From an uncultured Candidatus Rokubacteria bacterium (GTDB lineage: Bacteria; Methylomirabilota; Methylomirabilia; Rokubacteriales; CSP1-6), in the NCBI GenBank assembly GCA_963762145.1, contig CAVXJS010000009.1, forward strand, positions 224,001-288,000: 64,000 bases of DNA, in the 5' to 3' direction. Shown here piece after piece: positions 60,502-64,000 of this stretch; within the stretch, counting starts at the first letter, position 1, and the number at the start of each line of letters is the position of its first letter. A model generated the notes under the pieces. It saw nothing but the letters and a program-made list of their open reading frames with translations, did not search any database and had not been told where the DNA came from. Position numbers and translations under genes: made by a program.

Positions 60502-61120
60502 GCTGGCCCACTCGCGCCGCGGTCAGCGCGCGCCGGTCCACCCGCGAGAGGGCGCGCGCCATGGCCGGCCGCAGCAGCCGCGTGTGCGGGATGTCGAGCA
60601 GGTGCTCGGCGATCCACCAGAGATCCTCCTCCGTCGTCATCCAGCCGGGCCGCCGGCGATCGAAGCGCGCGAGATCGACCGGCCGCGAGTAGGCGCGCAG
60701 GGTGCGGTCACCCCGCAGGTTGATATAGCCGTCGAAGTAGCTCATGACCAGCTCCCGCACGCTCCGGTGCACCGGCTCCCGATAGCGCAGCCCCGAGAAG
60801 TTGGACTTGGCGATGGCGCCCCAGTGCCCGCGGCTCCGGAACACCGCCACCACGTGATCGGTATCCTGCACCGCCTCCAGATCGAGCAGGAGCGGCGGAA
60901 AGCCGAGCACGCGCAGCGCGGCCGCCGCGAACACCGCGCCCTCCAGGCAATGCGCGGTGCGCTCCCGCAGCACCCGGCGCGGCGACCAGGCGGTTCCGGC
61001 CAGGTGATACGGCATGGCGTCGAGCGCCCGCTGGATGCCGATCGGGCTCCGGAGCGCCCGCAGCGCGCGGAGCTCCCGCGGCGTGAAGCCCGGGGCCGGG
61101 GTGGAGCGGGCCGCGCTCAG
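60491..61120 (-). CDS. hypothetical protein with a transglutaminase-like Cys-His motif (start uncertain)
   Basis: SPRRVLRERTAHCLEGAVFAAAAL; DTDHVVAVF; WGAIAKSNFSGLRYREPV; RELVMSYF. Confidence 0.75.
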   Translation of the reverse strand: MSAARSTPAPGFTPRELRALRALRSPIGIQRALDAMPYHLAGTAWSPRRVLRERTAHCLEGAVFAAAALRVLGFPPLLLDLEAVQDTDHVVAVFRSRGHWGAIAKSNFSGLRYREPVHRSVRELVMSYFDGYINLRGDRTLRAYSRPVDLARFDRRRPGWMTTEEDLWWIAEHLLDIPHTRLLRPAMARALSRVDRRALTAARVGQRAH

Positions 61121-62265
61121 AGCCGGTAGAGCTCCCGGGCATTGTCGCAGAGGATGCGCCGCCGCGTCGCCTCCGGCACCCCGCGGAAGTTCTCCGCGAT
61201 GGCCTGCTGCGAGTCCGGCCACGTCGAGTCGGCGTGGGGGTAGTCGGAGGCCCACATCACCCGCCCCGCCCCGAGCACGTCCACCAGGCGCAGGCCGACC
61301 AGATCGAGCTGGAACGTCGCCCACACCTGGCGCTTCCAGTACTCGCTGGGCGGCATGGTGAGCCGCAGACCCCCGTGGGCGCGCCAGTACTCGGCCGCGT
61401 CCACGAAGCGCTGGTAGGTGTCGTCCATCCGCTCGAGCATGTAGGGCAGCCAGCCGATACCGGTCTCGGCCAGCACGATGCGGAGATTCGGGTGCCGCTC
61501 GAGCGCGCCCGAGAAGATCACCGCGGCGAGCGGCTCGTCCATCTGGAGCGTCGAGCACGCCACCCGCACGCCCATGTTGCCGGGATCCGCGGCCTTGGGC
61601 CCGCTGAAGGTCACGGTGCGCAGCCCGCCGCCCAGGTGGAAGCCGATCGGCAGCCCGGTCTCCGCGGCGGCCTCCCACAGCGGCTCCCACTCCTCGTCCC
61701 AGAGCGGCAGCTCGGCACGGGCCGCGAGGAACATCCCGGTGCGCAAGCCCAGCTGGGCCAGCGAGCGCACCTCGTCGGCGGCGACCTTCGGGTCGTCGAT
61801 CGGGATCAGCCCGGCCCCGATGAGCCGCTCGGGCGCAGTGGCGCAGAACTCGGCGAGCCATTCGTTGTAGGCGTGGTAGCAGACCTGCCGCAGCGCGGGA
61901 TCCTTGATCAGCAGCGGCACGATGGGCCCGTACATCACGGTGGCGTCCACCCCGTCGCGGTCCATGTCGGCCAGGCGCAGCGCGGTGGTGGTCGGGCGCA
62001 GCACCCCGGGCTCGAGCACGCCGCCCTTCTCCAGCGCGAGCCGGCGCCCGCCCATCGAGCCGGCCACGCCCCGGCGCCCGCCCCACGGATCCCAGCGCTC
62101 GTCGCCGCAGACCCAGTAGGGCCCGGCGTCCGTCTCCACCACCCGGGGCGCACGCTCGCGCCACGCCGGCGGGACCCGCGTCTGCCAGAGATCGCGCGGC
62201 AGCCACTGCATGTCGATGTGGTCGTCGGCCGAGATGATCCGGTAGTGCATGCGGGCTCTCTCCAT
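61117..62265 (-). CDS. amidohydrolase_2 family metal-dependent hydrolase
   Basis: IISADDH; RLADMDRDGV; YNEWL; FH; ALERHP.L..VLAETG.GW; MWASDYPH.DSTWP. Confidence 0.9.
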   Translation of the reverse strand: MERARMHYRIISADDHIDMQWLPRDLWQTRVPPAWRERAPRVVETDAGPYWVCGDERWDPWGGRRGVAGSMGGRRLALEKGGVLEPGVLRPTTTALRLADMDRDGVDATVMYGPIVPLLIKDPALRQVCYHAYNEWLAEFCATAPERLIGAGLIPIDDPKVAADEVRSLAQLGLRTGMFLAARAELPLWDEEWEPLWEAAAETGLPIGFHLGGGLRTVTFSGPKAADPGNMGVRVACSTLQMDEPLAAVIFSGALERHPNLRIVLAETGIGWLPYMLERMDDTYQRFVDAAEYWRAHGGLRLTMPPSEYWKRQVWATFQLDLVGLRLVDVLGAGRVMWASDYPHADSTWPDSQQAIAENFRGVPEATRRRILCDNARELYRL

Positions 62266-62290
62266 GTGCGGGCTCGGGGGGTGGCTCGGG

Positions 62291-63568
62291 CTACCAGTCG
62301 AGGCGGGATTCGAGGACCACGCCGCGGCGCAGGTTCAGCCAGCGGGTGAAGCGCACCACCTGGAAGAATCCCCACAGCGAGAAACGCAGGTGCTTCGGGA
62401 GAGACCCGAACGAGCCGCCCGCGAGCACCCCGGTGACCGCGGGGACCATGCCCAGCACGTTGCGCGGACGCAGGAAGACCTCGAGGAAGGCGCGGTCGTA
62501 GAAGGACTCGATGAAGCGCTCGAAGGGCCGCGTCCCCCGGCGAACCGCGCGCTCGTAGGCGCGGAAGCGCCGGGCCTCGAACCGGTCGGAGCGGAAGGCG
62601 CGCAGGATCGCGCCCGCGGCCAGCTCGCCCGACTGCATCGCGATGAACACCCCGGGCGAGAAGATCGGGTCCACGAAGGCCACCGCGTCGCCCACGCACA
62701 GGAATCGGTCGCCCACGACCGGCTCCACCGAGTAGGCGAAGTTCGAGGTGGTGTACAGCTCGGTCACCCGCGAAGCGCCCTGAAGATTGTCGTGAACCGC
62801 GTGGCAGCGCTCGACCATGTCGTCGAACAGCTCCTGGAGCGAGCCGCGCCGAGCCTTCACGACCTTCTGGTGGAGCACGCAGCCCACGCTGGTCTCGTCG
62901 CGCGCGAGCGGGATGTACCAGAACCAGCCCTCGGGGAAGATGTAGATGCGGACGTGGCCTTCCTCGCGGCCCGGGAAGCGGCGGGCGCCCTTGAAGTAGG
63001 CGAAGATCGCGACCTTCCCCAGGCCCGGCCGCGGCTTCCGCTGCCCCTGACGCGCGGCCAGGAAGGCGTCGCGTCCGCTCGCGTCCACCAGGAAGCGTGC
63101 GCGCACCTCGCGCTCCGTCTCGCCCAGGCTGACGCGCGCGGTGACGCCGTCGAGGTCGAAGGCTACCTTCTCGACGGTCGCGGGCTGCAGACGCGTGACC
63201 CCTTGCGCCACCGCGTGATCGAGGAGGATCTGGTCGAACTCGGCGCGGTGCACGTCGAGCGTGAAGGCGGGCCACGGGCGACCGGGCTTGAAGTCGAAGG
63301 TGGACGAGATCCCCAGCTCCTGATCGTGGAAGGTGGCGCCGTACTTCATCTGGAAGCCGTGCGCGAGCACCCGGTCGAGCACGCCCAGACGCCGGCAGAT
63401 GTCCATGCACGTGGGGATCAGCGACTCGCCGACCTTGAAGCGCGGGAAGGCTTCCCGCTCCACCAGGGTGACCCGGAGCCCGCCGCGGGCGAGAAAGGTC
63501 GCGGCGGTGCTGCCGCCCGGGCCGCCTCCCACCACCAGCACGTCGATCTCGCGCGAAGAGCCGGTCAC
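62291..63568 (-). CDS. flavin-dependent halogenase-like FAD oxidoreductase
   Basis: VGGGPGG; FPRFKVGESL; F..KYG; VDASGR; WFWYIP (WxWxIP); GDAVAFVDPIFSPG. Confidence 0.85.
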   Translation of the reverse strand: MTGSSREIDVLVVGGGPGGSTAATFLARGGLRVTLVEREAFPRFKVGESLIPTCMDICRRLGVLDRVLAHGFQMKYGATFHDQELGISSTFDFKPGRPWPAFTLDVHRAEFDQILLDHAVAQGVTRLQPATVEKVAFDLDGVTARVSLGETEREVRARFLVDASGRDAFLAARQGQRKPRPGLGKVAIFAYFKGARRFPGREEGHVRIYIFPEGWFWYIPLARDETSVGCVLHQKVVKARRGSLQELFDDMVERCHAVHDNLQGASRVTELYTTSNFAYSVEPVVGDRFLCVGDAVAFVDPIFSPGVFIAMQSGELAAGAILRAFRSDRFEARRFRAYERAVRRGTRPFERFIESFYDRAFLEVFLRPRNVLGMVPAVTGVLAGGSFGSLPKHLRFSLWGFFQVVRFTRWLNLRRGVVLESRLDW

Positions 63569-63695
63569 GCGGGCATCTTACCCGATCCTCCCGGCGACCC
63601 GCGAGCCCCGCGCCGGTTTGCCGCTCCCCACCCGGCGTGCTAGCCTCGGCCCTCGTCGGCCCGCGCCACCAGGCCCACGTCATGAGGGAGGTCTC

Positions 63696-64000
63696 ATGGG
63701 CGAGATCCGCATCGTGTCCGACCCGCACGCGTCGGAGAGCCTCAAGCAGTTCGTGACGGACCAGCTGGATCTGTACAACGTCGCGGTCACCGGCTTCTCC
63801 GCGTACTCCCCGGTCAACTTCTTCCTCCGCGACGAGGGCGACGAGGTGATGGGCGGACTCCTCGCCGCGATCTGGGGCGGGAGCCTCTTCATCCGCATCC
63901 TCTGGGTCAGCGAGGTCCTGCGCGGGCGCGGCCTAGGCCGGCGCCTGCTGGAAGCGGCCGAGCGGCGGGCGGTGGAGCGCGGCTGCCGTCACGTCTTCCT
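63696..64000 (+). CDS. GNAT family N-acetyltransferase, 3' end outside window
   Basis: GGAGG RBS; MGEIRIV..DLYN..FLRDEGDEVMGGL..LWVSEVLRGRGLGRRLLEAAE..A.ERGC. Confidence 0.88.
   Translation, partial: MGEIRIVSDPHASESLKQFVTDQLDLYNVAVTGFSAYSPVNFFLRDEGDEVMGGLLAAIWGGSLFIRILWVSEVLRGRGLGRRLLEAAERRAVERGCRHVF

Noticed and set aside
62291-63568. Halogenated natural-product biosynthetic gene cluster
   Set aside because: The halogenase-like motifs are present, but no carrier protein, NRPS/PKS or precursor peptide lies nearby in the window, so halogenase function is unproven.
1-64000. CRISPR arrays, tRNA/rRNA genes, prophage or recognisable anti-phage defence operons
   Set aside because: No regularly spaced direct repeats, RNA-gene signatures or phage genes were found. 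The patatin and cyclase genes lack CBASS/Pycsar-type operon context.

Overview
This is a very GC-rich bacterial window (about 70% GC by eye). Gene content and repeat families resemble Candidatus Rokubacteria/Methylomirabilota, which is an inference. Many genes between about 8 and 35 kb carry single-base frameshifts typical of an unpolished long-read assembly. About 55 CDS were identified, mostly transport, metabolism and signalling. No tRNA, rRNA or CRISPR array was seen. Highlights: (1) an in-frame UGA with a SECIS-like hairpin turns a secreted trypsin-like protease gene into a probable protease-TM-rhodanese selenoprotein; (2) a 9.4-kb operon has three tandem TRAP solute-binding proteins and an ABC-type binding protein with no membrane transporter, coupled to a Cache/HAMP/multi-GAF histidine kinase, a response regulator and a REC-nucleotide cyclase; (3) a complete IS110 element has bridge-RNA target and donor guides, a CT core and a circle-junction promoter that can all be read from the sequence, and it is inserted in a REP palindrome; (4) a Co-type nitrile hydratase operon has an accessory protein fused to a Cys-rich thioredoxin/ferredoxin-like domain; (5) a class II RNR (nrdJ) carries two inteins at catalytic cysteines, with an NrdR box upstream; (6) a c-di-GMP-I riboswitch lies upstream of an uncharacterised secreted protein; (7) several families of intergenic palindromic repeats are present.
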